Below are positions 1-8,570 of a stretch of 61,749 bases of DNA, in pieces. A program made the position numbers and the translations under genes. The notes beneath the pieces were generated by a model. It saw nothing but the letters and a program-made list of their open reading frames with translations, was not told where the DNA came from and did no database searches. The DNA is from Candidatus Falkowbacteria bacterium (GTDB lineage: Bacteria; Patescibacteriota; Patescibacteriia; Patescibacteriales; UBA12465), in assembly GCA_009995495.1 (NCBI GenBank), contig JAACPL010000005.1:1-61749 (forward strand), written 5' to 3'. Position 1 is the first letter of the stretch; the number at the start of each line of letters is the position of its first letter.

Positions 1-424
1 TCGTCCCAATCCCCACATTCCCACTATTTAAAACGCTCATCACTTCAACCCCAGAAGCGTTATATAAACCTAAAATTTTATTTACTCCGTCTGACTGGAC
101 GGTTAACTTGGTGGTACCTAATGGTATCCTTCCAACCCCTATTGGACCCTTCATCGTTGCTGGCAAAAATGTTGGCACAAAACTTCCGAAAGGCTCAGAA
201 CTAGTAGAAGAAAAAACGGCGCTAAGATCAGTATTATAACCTAAAAGATTATTCCAATCATAAGAAAATAAAGTTCCGTCTGCCGGTTTAGTAAAAATAG
301 AAGTAGCGGCTCCATGCCCTAAATTTTGCGCTGAAACAAATTTTATTTTAGCTCCAAAAACAAAAAAAGCCGCCAAAAAGATAAGCCCAAAAATAAAATA
401 ATTTTTTCTTATTTTTAAAATCAT
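1..424 (-). CDS. secreted/cell-surface protein, partial (C-terminus runs off the window)
   Basis: My own translation of the minus strand from ATG 424..422 stays open to nt 2: MILKIRKNYFIFGLIFLAAFFVFGAKIKFVSAQNLGHGAATSIFTKPADG...VLNSGNVGIGT. It has an N-terminal hydrophobic signal or anchor. The terminal GNVGIGT resembles tail-fibre-like surface-protein repeats. It is not in the ORF track because it is truncated. Confidence 0.5.
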   Translation of the reverse strand, partial: MILKIRKNYFIFGLIFLAAFFVFGAKIKFVSAQNLGHGAATSIFTKPADGTLFSYDWNNLLGYNTDLSAVFSSTSSEPFGSFVPTFLPATMKGPIGVGRIPLGTTKLTVQSDGVNKILGLYNASGVEVMSVLNSGNVGIGT

Positions 425-532
425 TTTCTAATCATTTTCTAAATCTTTTCTAACAAAATCCAAAACTTTTCTTAACTATATTATACAACTTTTTTAAAAA
501 GCTGTAAATAAAAATATCAATTAAAATATCAA

Positions 533-976
533 TTAAAATTCAATTTCAACCGCTCTTTTCGTAGCACCAAATTCTCCAACTGATTGATAAACTCTATCGT
601 CCCTTCTTATCACTTCAAATTTTCTTAAAACCCCCGTTGCTGATTCGGGAACTAACTCTTTAACAAAGGCCGGTGGACTATTTTTTTCATCGTCAAGATA
701 AGAATGACCGTTAACCCTTAACTCCCAAAGGAAACGCTCCATTCCGCTTTCAGCAATAAAATAAGCCCGAGTTGATTGCGCCTGGATTCCCCCAGCTTTT
801 ATTCCAAGAGTAATAACGTAAGAAGAGCTAATTGCGACTAAAAGCATGCCCGCTAAAATAAACATTGTCAAAATCAAAGCACTACCAGGCTTAAAGAGTT
901 TTATCTTATTTAAAAAATCAAAAAAGACTTCCCTATGTTTAAATATTTTTTTAAATTTTTTAATATTTTTTTTCAT
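533..976 (-). CDS. PilX-like minor pilin / pilus assembly protein
   Basis: 147 aa. A basic leader is followed by the helix KPGSALILTMFILAGMLLVAISS, typical of the PilX N-terminal domain. It is the last gene of the minor-pilin operon. Confidence 0.5.
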   Translation of the reverse strand: MKKNIKKFKKIFKHREVFFDFLNKIKLFKPGSALILTMFILAGMLLVAISSSYVITLGIKAGGIQAQSTRAYFIAESGMERFLWELRVNGHSYLDDEKNSPPAFVKELVPESATGVLRKFEVIRRDDRVYQSVGEFGATKRAVEIEF

Positions 977-1009
977 TTTAACTTAAAACTATTTGAATAA
1001 TTAATTAAT

Positions 1010-1594
1010 TTATTTATAATATCTTGAACTAAGGCTTGTCTGCAAAGTCATCGCCGCTTCAGTATTAGGGGCGTTAAGCGCTCTGGCTTTAATATTTATC
1101 GTTATTAAATTCTGAGAATTTATACCCGAACTTAAAACAAAATTTAATTCATCAATATTAATTTGCTTAGGTGAAATATAGCCAGAATTCGCTCCCCTGG
1201 AAATTTTAAACCTTTTGCTTTCGCCTTCAGTTTCCGTTGCATAAACAACACATTCTCCATAAAAATTTTTAAAATATAAAACATCTCCATCTTGAGTCTG
1301 AACTAAATTAAAAACATCCCCAGAAGCTACTTCACAAAAACCCTCGCTATCAACTGCCATTCTTATTTCTTTATTAATAACTTCTAAAAAATATTTTAGA
1401 CTCTCTTGGACATTTTGAGTCGCAATTGCCCCTCTTTGCCCATCAATAACCATTTTAAAAATACCAGTCATTGATAAAATAATAACCGAAAAAATTGAAA
1501 CGGAAACGATAACTTCTATCAAGCTAAAAGCCAAAGTCTTTCTTGATCCAATAAATATTTTATTTATTTTTTTAAAACTTTTAATTATTACCAT
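1010..1594 (-). CDS. prepilin-type minor pilin (PilW/GspJ-like)
   Basis: 194 aa. Class III signal TLA|FSLIEVIVSVSIFSVIIL with Glu at +5. Confidence 0.6.
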   Translation of the reverse strand: MVIIKSFKKINKIFIGSRKTLAFSLIEVIVSVSIFSVIILSMTGIFKMVIDGQRGAIATQNVQESLKYFLEVINKEIRMAVDSEGFCEVASGDVFNLVQTQDGDVLYFKNFYGECVVYATETEGESKRFKISRGANSGYISPKQINIDELNFVLSSGINSQNLITINIKARALNAPNTEAAMTLQTSLSSRYYK

Positions 1595-1609
1595 ATTCTA
1601 AAAATAATT

Positions 1610-2131
1610 TTAATACCAATCATAAAGCAAAGTCTCGGTCGCATAAGAACTTATACCTAGACGACTATTCCAATAAACTTCAGAAATAACTTTTAAAGCT
1701 ACCCCAACAGCTAAATCCTCATCAATTAATTCAACTTTTATTAAGCGAGAAAAACCACTAGAAATTCCTAAAGATCCATGAACATAAAAACCGTCCCCGT
1801 CAAATCGCAACAAGCAAGCTTCAGCGCTAACAACTGGAGCACTATCGTTATAATCAAAGCAATAACTAAAAACTTCTGACTGATTTTCTGCTAAGCCAGT
1901 ATTAAAATTATTACCTTGCTTAAAATTATTATCTCTAATCCTTCTGACAAGCTCTATCCCTTCTTGACTTAATTGAGTCGCGATTAAATTATTTTTATTA
2001 TAATCTTGACTCTGGATATTTTGCACAATTAAAGACAATATCCCAATCAATCCCATAGAAATGATAAATAAGATAATGACAATTTCAATCAAACTAAAAG
2101 CTTCTTTATTTTTTTTAAATTCTATTTTCAT
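1610..2131 (-). CDS. prepilin-type minor pilin (PilV/GspI-like)
   Basis: 173 aa. Class III signal KEA|FSLIEIVIILFIISMGLIGILSL. Confidence 0.6.
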   Translation of the reverse strand: MKIEFKKNKEAFSLIEIVIILFIISMGLIGILSLIVQNIQSQDYNKNNLIATQLSQEGIELVRRIRDNNFKQGNNFNTGLAENQSEVFSYCFDYNDSAPVVSAEACLLRFDGDGFYVHGSLGISSGFSRLIKVELIDEDLAVGVALKVISEVYWNSRLGISSYATETLLYDWY

Positions 2132-2136
2132 TTTTT

Positions 2137-2748
2137 TTAATCAATCATTTCAATTAAACCTAAGAAATTTATTTTAACAGTTCTTCTCCCTTCGCCATTA
2201 ACTTCTTTAAGTTTAACTGTTAGAGCCGTTCCTGTTGCCGTTGTCGCTTGGTTATAAATATTTGTTTTTGGGTCTGGTGGTAAAAAAGTAACATTAGCGA
2301 CATTAGTTGTACTTGATGCCGAACCATTAACTCCACTAAAAATTGTTAATTCCTCAATTTCAATTTCTCCACGAAAATTAATTTCGCGCGCGCCAAAATT
2401 TCTTTCCGCTTCATCACTAGCATCATATGCAAGGTTACCATCTTCAAGAGGAGCTTCTAAATCAGCAAAAATCGTATAAGTATTATTTGTTTTATTAAAA
2501 TTAACCCCCCAACCACCAGCTGGAACATCTTCACCGTATTTAACCAGTCCTAAAGAATTATTTTGAGCAGCGTGAATATCGGCTACCAGACTTTGAGCCG
2601 TCATAATTAAATCTGTCCGTTTATTGGCATTCCGATAATTAGCAATAAAAATAACAGAAATTATCATAATTACCCCTAAAGAAACAACCATCTCTATTAA
2701 AGTAAAAGCTCCTTGTATTTTATTTTGCTTGTCAAAAAAATTTTTCAT
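2137..2748 (-). CDS. prepilin-type minor pilin (FimT/GspH-like)
   Basis: 203 aa. Class III signal QGA|FTLIEMVVSLGVIMIISVIF. Confidence 0.6.
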   Translation of the reverse strand: MKNFFDKQNKIQGAFTLIEMVVSLGVIMIISVIFIANYRNANKRTDLIMTAQSLVADIHAAQNNSLGLVKYGEDVPAGGWGVNFNKTNNTYTIFADLEAPLEDGNLAYDASDEAERNFGAREINFRGEIEIEELTIFSGVNGSASSTTNVANVTFLPPDPKTNIYNQATTATGTALTVKLKEVNGEGRRTVKINFLGLIEMID

Positions 2749-2769
2749 TTTTTAAAATTTTACTTTGTT

Positions 2770-4353
2770 TTATTCCGCTTTAACTTCGCGCCAAATTGGT
2801 AAACCATAATTAATATCTAATATTTGTCGGGTTGCAATACAATAATAACCGCTAGAATCTTCTACTCTTAAATTAACATCGGCATTGCCAGCTTCATGAA
2901 AAGTAATGGTCGTTGTCGCTGTTGTCGGACTAGAAATATCAGAAACATTACCAATAACCGACCAAAGATACTGACAATTTACACCATTTTCATCACAAAT
3001 AATACTTGTAGACGGACTAACGTCGGTATAATACCTTGACTCGTTACTTGGGGTTAAAGCAGTAAAAATAGTAGTAGTAGCGCCAACTTCTATCTCCGGC
3101 GGACTCCAGGTAAAATATGGGGTTGGAAATTCATGTTTATAAGTACTAAAAGTTTTAGCTTTATTTGTAATTGATGAGGGCCCATTATCAATATCATAAA
3201 GTTCTCCTTGATGGCCGTCATTAGCGCCAAATTGATACCACTCAGTCGGCGTATGAACTGAATTTTCAAGGTAATAAAGACGGATAAACCAATAATAATC
3301 TTCATTATAATCTAAATCATTGGTAGTTGTACAAAGAGTGTCTAAGGCATTTGGGATTGTATATTGAGTCGCTGAACCTAATTTAAAACCGCTATAACAA
3401 ATAGTATCAGGACTACTAGTTGCTGGAATATCGGTTCGCGTGACAGCAATTTCATAGCCACTAATAAACGAGCCCACACTATTCAAGGACCATTTTAAAA
3501 CTGCTTGCTTGGCGTTACCAGGGGAAGAGCAAGCGGATTCATAAGACCAGTTAGGCGCCGTCATCTGCCCAATCTCAGGATTTTTTATATAAACCTTATA
3601 GTCCTCTTTATCCAGCTCATTACATAAAGCTAATCCTTCGCTGCCATATTCGCTCAAACAATTAAAACTTATAGATTGGTGTAAACCAGCAACCGTGCTT
3701 GAAGCATGGCCAACGAAATCTCCTGGCTCAACAGTACTATAATAGGGATTAGTTGAACTTGATAAATTCCAAGACTTAAGTTGTAAATCATTTTCAGAAG
3801 GTAAGCCTAAATTAACATCAAGTCTAATTAACTCACTAGTACTTGAAGCTTGAGCATAGCCATAAATTTTTTGATCTAAAGAATTATAACAAGCAGAACA
3901 AAAATTTTCGGCGTTACAAGCATTGAGGCAATTAGAATTAAAGCTATTATATTGTTCTGTTGTTAGGTTTACTGGAGTTGAAGATCCGCCAAAATTAATC
4001 ATCCCCTTACTATGATTAAAGGCCGCTCCAAAAAGATTTCCATCATTAGCAATTTTCACCCCGTGGTCAATAACACAACCAGCAATATAAAAATGAAAAC
4101 CCCGCGGTTCCGGCAAGTCTCTAAAGTTTTCAGGCGAATCAAAATGACTACCAAACTCATAATCCTCACAATTAAAATAAATAAACTTTAAATCATTTCC
4201 CCACCAAGCCGAACCATGAATATCAGCAATCGCTTTAACAACTTTAGGTAGAATAACGAGACTAACACTAAAAAATAAAATAAAAAAAGTACCCGCCAAA
4301 AAACGAGAATATTTATTTTTTTTGATTTTAAAACTTTTAAATTTTTTAAACAT
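2770..4353 (-). CDS. large secreted Cys-rich protein with C-terminal PKD/Ig-like region; candidate pilus-associated adhesin
   Basis: 527 aa. N-terminal anchor FLAGTFFILFFSVSLVILP, many Cys residues, and a C-terminal beta-rich segment (ITFHEAGNADVNLRVEDSSGYYC). It is the first gene of the minor-pilin operon, the position held by PilY1-type proteins. Confidence 0.4.
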   Translation of the reverse strand: MFKKFKSFKIKKNKYSRFLAGTFFILFFSVSLVILPKVVKAIADIHGSAWWGNDLKFIYFNCEDYEFGSHFDSPENFRDLPEPRGFHFYIAGCVIDHGVKIANDGNLFGAAFNHSKGMINFGGSSTPVNLTTEQYNSFNSNCLNACNAENFCSACYNSLDQKIYGYAQASSTSELIRLDVNLGLPSENDLQLKSWNLSSSTNPYYSTVEPGDFVGHASSTVAGLHQSISFNCLSEYGSEGLALCNELDKEDYKVYIKNPEIGQMTAPNWSYESACSSPGNAKQAVLKWSLNSVGSFISGYEIAVTRTDIPATSSPDTICYSGFKLGSATQYTIPNALDTLCTTTNDLDYNEDYYWFIRLYYLENSVHTPTEWYQFGANDGHQGELYDIDNGPSSITNKAKTFSTYKHEFPTPYFTWSPPEIEVGATTTIFTALTPSNESRYYTDVSPSTSIICDENGVNCQYLWSVIGNVSDISSPTTATTTITFHEAGNADVNLRVEDSSGYYCIATRQILDINYGLPIWREVKAE

Positions 4354-4371
4354 CTGATAATATCCTAGAAT

Positions 4372-4848
4372 TTAATTATAGCATTTTAAAAAATTAGCAC
4401 CAAGACGAAGCATTTTTTCTCTATCTCCATCGTCTTCATCATCAAAACCAAGAAGATGTAGTAGCCCGTGAATGAAAATAAAATATAGTAAATATTTTTC
4501 CTTCACTGATTTAGAGGCCTTTAAAAACTCATCTACTTTAAAATTTTCTAATTCTAAAAACATTGCCTCATACTTTTTTAAACGATTAATTTCAGCTAAA
4601 TTAATAAAAATCTCTCCTAAAAAATTATCTTTTCCTATTTTAAAGTCGGGATTAGAAAAAGACAAAACATCAGTTAAATAATCTTTCTGGCGATATTTTT
4701 TATTCAAAGTCCGAGACCTTTTATCGCCAATAAGCACAAGAGAAATTTCCGCTTTTTCAATTTTATATTTTTTCAAAAAATCTTCAGCTAATTTTTTTAA
4801 ACTTAAAGCTGAAAACTTTTTTTTAGTTAAATTTAAAACTGCCAACAT
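4372..4848 (-). CDS. ybeY: rRNA maturation endoribonuclease YbeY (variant metal site)
   Basis: 158 aa. Contains the DVLSF and HGLLHLLGFDD motifs of the YbeY family. The third His of HGxLHLxGYDH is Asp here. Confidence 0.7.
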   Translation of the reverse strand: MLAVLNLTKKKFSALSLKKLAEDFLKKYKIEKAEISLVLIGDKRSRTLNKKYRQKDYLTDVLSFSNPDFKIGKDNFLGEIFINLAEINRLKKYEAMFLELENFKVDEFLKASKSVKEKYLLYFIFIHGLLHLLGFDDEDDGDREKMLRLGANFLKCYN

Positions 4849-4852
4849 ATTT

Positions 4853-5932
4853 TTAAAAACTTCTTCTTAATTTTCTTAAAAAATTATAGAGTAAATAAAG
4901 ACCGGGACGAAAAACTAAATCATAAGTGCCGGCATAATTATAAACAAAACCACCAAAACCCTGTTTAAATCTAGTTACTCCAGGCCATTTTTTAGCATCA
5001 ATACCATAGAAATCGTAGAATTTAAAACCCGCCCCCTTCGCTTTTTTAATAATTTCAAATTGAAGTAAGTAGGGCGCCATAAAATTTCTAAATTCATTAT
5101 CACTCGCTCCGTGAAGATAAATAACTTTATCCCCGTAAAAAGAAAATAAGCCGGTAGCAATTTTTTGACCCTGATACTGTGCAAAAAATAATTTAATTTT
5201 CCCAGCGCTACTAATTAAAAGATTTTTGTAATGAGCCTCGCTATGGATCTTAAAACCATCTCGATTTGAAGTTTTTTTCATCAAAGTCAAAAACTCTGAA
5301 AAATAAAGTTCAAAATTAGAATCAGAAGTAAAATTATTTTGAGCCTTATCTATTTGATCCGAAGCATCTTCTGCAAAAGATTTTTTACTGTCACCATTCA
5401 TTGAAACTTCTATAATTTCCACTCCCTTTTTCGCCGCTAATTTAATATTATAACGGGTTTTTTGCTGCATCGCCTTGAGCATATCTTCCTCACTCAAGCT
5501 TAAATCAACTAATAAAGTCTGACGCGGTTGTAAATCTATTGTCTTTTTTAACTTATATTTATCTAAAACTTTATATCCCAAAGCTTTATTTTTTAAAGTT
5601 TCTATCAACTCAAGCTCTGGTTCAAAACGAAAAAAAATGGGCTTAAATTCTTGTTTTATTTTATTTACTAAAATTAAAAAATTATCTAAAATCTCATTTT
5701 TTTCTAAACTATTTTTTAAAATAGGGCCCCTAGGAGAATATTGATAATTAAGTGGTGGAAAAGCTTTCAGACTTGAAAATAAAGGTAGATTAATTTTTTT
5801 TGAAATTAATAAGGCTTGCTCAATCCGGCAAGTTTCCTCACCTGCTTTTTGAACAATATTTTCCCAAACATTACTTTGAAGAAATTCTTGATTATTATAT
5901 ATTTTTGGCACTTTTAAAGATAGGTTTTCCAT
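4853..5932 (-). CDS. FemAB-family peptidoglycan interpeptide-bridge aminoacyltransferase
   Basis: 359 aa. The C-terminal segment YLHGASDNEFRNFMAPYLLQFEIIKKAKGAGFKFYDFYGI is typical of FemAB / lipid II aminoacyltransferases. Confidence 0.7.
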   Translation of the reverse strand: MENLSLKVPKIYNNQEFLQSNVWENIVQKAGEETCRIEQALLISKKINLPLFSSLKAFPPLNYQYSPRGPILKNSLEKNEILDNFLILVNKIKQEFKPIFFRFEPELELIETLKNKALGYKVLDKYKLKKTIDLQPRQTLLVDLSLSEEDMLKAMQQKTRYNIKLAAKKGVEIIEVSMNGDSKKSFAEDASDQIDKAQNNFTSDSNFELYFSEFLTLMKKTSNRDGFKIHSEAHYKNLLISSAGKIKLFFAQYQGQKIATGLFSFYGDKVIYLHGASDNEFRNFMAPYLLQFEIIKKAKGAGFKFYDFYGIDAKKWPGVTRFKQGFGGFVYNYAGTYDLVFRPGLYLLYNFLRKLRRSF

Positions 5933-5993
5933 TAAATTATTTTAAATACCATCTAAACTTTAAATAAATTATAGCATAAAGGCTTAATAAAAG

Positions 5994-6022
5994 AAAAAAC
6001 CCTTTAAAACAAAGGGTTTTTT
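5994..6022. terminator. bidirectional intrinsic terminator after pilin paralog 1
   Basis: AAAAAACCCTTT-aaaac-AAAGGGTTTTTT. Confidence 0.7.
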
Positions 6023-6062
6023 GAGAAAGTTTTAACTATATATATTAATAAAGTTTTACTTA

Positions 6063-6533
6063 CTAATTCCAGCTAATTCCAGCCGGGGTCATATATAAAA
6101 GCATATTACCGGTAATTTTAGTGACACCACTACCAACATCAGAGCCAAGACAAAAACCAATCACATAAGAAGGTCTTGCTCCCGTGGCAGTTCTAGTATA
6201 CTTATAAGTATCCTTATCATAATTAGAATTTGTACCAGAATTACATAAATCTCCATCAATTGGAATGGGTGGCACAGGAATAACTCTTAAGAAAGTGGTG
6301 GATGCGGCGACGATGGCTGCACCAGCGCTAGCCATCGGCGGATAATCAGCCATATCATCAAAATACATTTCTAAAGCAAGTTGCATTTGCTTAACATCAG
6401 AAATTCTCTTAGCGTCTCTAGACTTAGCTCTAGCTGAGTTTAAAGCAATAACGGAGAGTGTTGATAAAAGACCGATGATAGCGATTACTACTAATAATTC
6501 AATTAAGGTAAAAGCTTTTTTGCTTTTGTGCAT
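6063..6533 (-). CDS. type IV major pilin, paralog 1
   Basis: 156 aa. MHKSKKA|FTLIELLVVIAIIGLLSTLSVIALNSARAKSRDAKRISD is a classic T4a pilin N-terminus. Confidence 0.8.
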   Translation of the reverse strand: MHKSKKAFTLIELLVVIAIIGLLSTLSVIALNSARAKSRDAKRISDVKQMQLALEMYFDDMADYPPMASAGAAIVAASTTFLRVIPVPPIPIDGDLCNSGTNSNYDKDTYKYTRTATGARPSYVIGFCLGSDVGSGVTKITGNMLLYMTPAGISWN

Positions 6534-6589
6534 ATTTTTTCTAGATAGATTATATTAAAAACTGAATTATAATTTCTAATACTAAAATC

Positions 6590-6618
6590 ATTATATCATT
6601 TTTTAAAAAGAGCCACAA
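6590..6618 (-). promoter_or_regulatory. sigma70-type promoter of pilin paralog 1
   Basis: Minus strand reads TTGTGG-17 nt-TATAAT, about 55 nt upstream of the ATG. Confidence 0.5.
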
Positions 6619-6647
6619 GGTATTTTTTTAAAATATTAACTAAATTT

Positions 6648-6676
6648 AAAAAACTCTCTAATTTAGAGAGTTTTTT
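6648..6676. terminator. bidirectional intrinsic terminator after pilin paralog 2
   Basis: AAAAAACTCTCTA-attt-AGAGAGTTTTTT. Confidence 0.7.
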
Positions 6677-6709
6677 AGTCAAGTTTTAACTATATATATT
6701 AATAAAGTC

Positions 6710-7177
6710 TTATTCATTAATACCGGCTGGCGTCATATATAAAATTGTATCTCCAGTAACTTTAGTCGTACCGCTACCAATATCAGATCCAAGACAAAAA
6801 CCGATTGAATAAGATGGAACGGCTCCGGCAGTAGTAGTTACAACATATTTATAAGTATCTTTATCATAATTTCCATCAGAATCTTGACATACAGCTCCAT
6901 CAATTGGCTCTGGTGGAACAGGAACAGCTCTTAAAAAAGTAGCGTTATCTGAAGCTATGGGCTCTCCTCCGGTAGCAGCAGTCGGATAAGCAGCCATATC
7001 ATTATAGTACATTTCTAAAGCAACTTGCATTTGCTTAACGTCGGAGATTCTCTTAGCGTCTCTAGCCTTAGCTCTAGCTGAGTTTAAAGCAATAACAGAG
7101 AGCGTTGATAAAAGACCGATTATAGCGATTACCACTAATAACTCAATTAAGGTAAAAGCTTTTTTGCTTTTATACAT
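6710..7177 (-). CDS. type IV major pilin, paralog 2
   Basis: 155 aa. MYKSKKA|FTLIELLVVIAIIGLLSTLSVIALNSARAKARDAKRISD. The first ~60 codons and the C-terminal ~35 codons closely match paralog 1. Confidence 0.8.
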   Translation of the reverse strand: MYKSKKAFTLIELLVVIAIIGLLSTLSVIALNSARAKARDAKRISDVKQMQVALEMYYNDMAAYPTAATGGEPIASDNATFLRAVPVPPEPIDGAVCQDSDGNYDKDTYKYVVTTTAGAVPSYSIGFCLGSDIGSGTTKVTGDTILYMTPAGINE

Positions 7178-7300
7178 ATTGTTTCTAATAAATTAAGTCA
7201 AAACTTTTAAGTTAAGACTTTCAGTCTTTTCCAAGACTTCTAAATTAATAATATATTTAAAACTGAAAAAAAATAAACTCTTATTTTCAGCACTATGTTA

Positions 7301-7329
7301 ATTATATCATTTTTAAAAAAGGAACGCAA
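7301..7329 (-). promoter_or_regulatory. sigma70-type promoter of pilin paralog 2
   Basis: Minus strand reads TTGCGT-17 nt-TATAAT, about 120 nt upstream of the ATG. Confidence 0.5.
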
Positions 7330-7352
7330 GGGTTTTTTGAAAACTTCTTATT

Positions 7353-8561
7353 TTAAAACTGACTAGCTAAATTATACATCGGCAATAATACGGCAGCAAC
7401 CATAATTCCAACTCCAACCCCCATAATAACCATAATGATTGGCTCCATTAATTTACTTAAATTATCAAGCATATTAGCACTTTCTCTAGAATAAAAATCA
7501 TTAATTTTATCTAAAACAATATCAATTTTTCCCGTTCTTTCCCCAACAGCAATCATCTGAGGAACCATCTTCGGCATATACTTATCGCTCCTATCAAAAA
7601 CTTCGGCAAAAGGATGACCGTCGTTGATTGATTCTAAAGTTTCTAAAATAAGTTCTTGATAAATTGTGTTGTTAACAACTTTGGCAACAATTTCTAAACT
7701 TCTAGTAATTGTTACTCCTCCCTTTAGTAAAGTTGAAAGCGAACGAGCAAAGCGCATCAAATAGATATATTGAAAAAGTTTACCAAAAATTGGCATCTTT
7801 AATTTTAAAATATCTAAATTACGATGGCCAATATATGTCTTACTATAAAAACGAATGGCAAAAATAACGGCGACGACAAAAGCAATAACTAGAAGCAAAT
7901 ATTTTTGTAAAAATTCGGAAGCAGTAATAACTATTCTGGTTGATAAAGGAAGCTCAGCTCCCGTCTCTGTTAAAATCGCGGTTAAATTAGGAATAACATA
8001 AACCATTAAAATAATGCCAACCCCAACTAAAGCAGTTATAACAAAAATTGGATAAATCATTGCCCCTCTAATTTTAGAACTAATATCATAAGATTTTTCC
8101 ATCTCATCGGCTAAATAATTTAAAACTTCATCGAGCTTGCCAGAAGTTTCTCCGGAACGAATAATATTAACAAAAAAGGCTGAGAATATTTTTGGGCGTT
8201 TAGCAAAAGAGTCGGATAAAAAAGAGCCACTATCAACTTCAAAGGCAAGTTCGGCAATCATTGATTTAAGAGAAAGATTTCTTGTTTGTTCAAGTAATAC
8301 GGTTAATGATTCAACTACTGGCACGCTCGCCGAAATCATAACTGAAAACTGCCTAGTAAAAATAACCAAGTCTTTATTTGCAACTGGGTTAATGAATTTT
8401 AAAATCTTATTCTCTAAAGAGTAGGTCGTGTCAGTAATTGATTTTACGCTTAATTCTTTCTGACTTAAACGTAAAATAGCATCGTGCTCAGAAACTGCCA
8501 CAATCGTTCCGTGCTTTGACCGATTATTGGGATTTACGGCTGAATAATTAAAGATTGACAT
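7353..8561 (-). CDS. pilC: type IV pilus platform protein PilC (GspF family)
   Basis: 402 aa. Two GspF-type repeats with interspersed TM helices, located between pilB and the pilins. Confidence 0.9.
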   Translation of the reverse strand: MSIFNYSAVNPNNRSKHGTIVAVSEHDAILRLSQKELSVKSITDTTYSLENKILKFINPVANKDLVIFTRQFSVMISASVPVVESLTVLLEQTRNLSLKSMIAELAFEVDSGSFLSDSFAKRPKIFSAFFVNIIRSGETSGKLDEVLNYLADEMEKSYDISSKIRGAMIYPIFVITALVGVGIILMVYVIPNLTAILTETGAELPLSTRIVITASEFLQKYLLLVIAFVVAVIFAIRFYSKTYIGHRNLDILKLKMPIFGKLFQYIYLMRFARSLSTLLKGGVTITRSLEIVAKVVNNTIYQELILETLESINDGHPFAEVFDRSDKYMPKMVPQMIAVGERTGKIDIVLDKINDFYSRESANMLDNLSKLMEPIIMVIMGVGVGIMVAAVLLPMYNLASQF

Positions 8562-8570
8562 ATATTAAAA

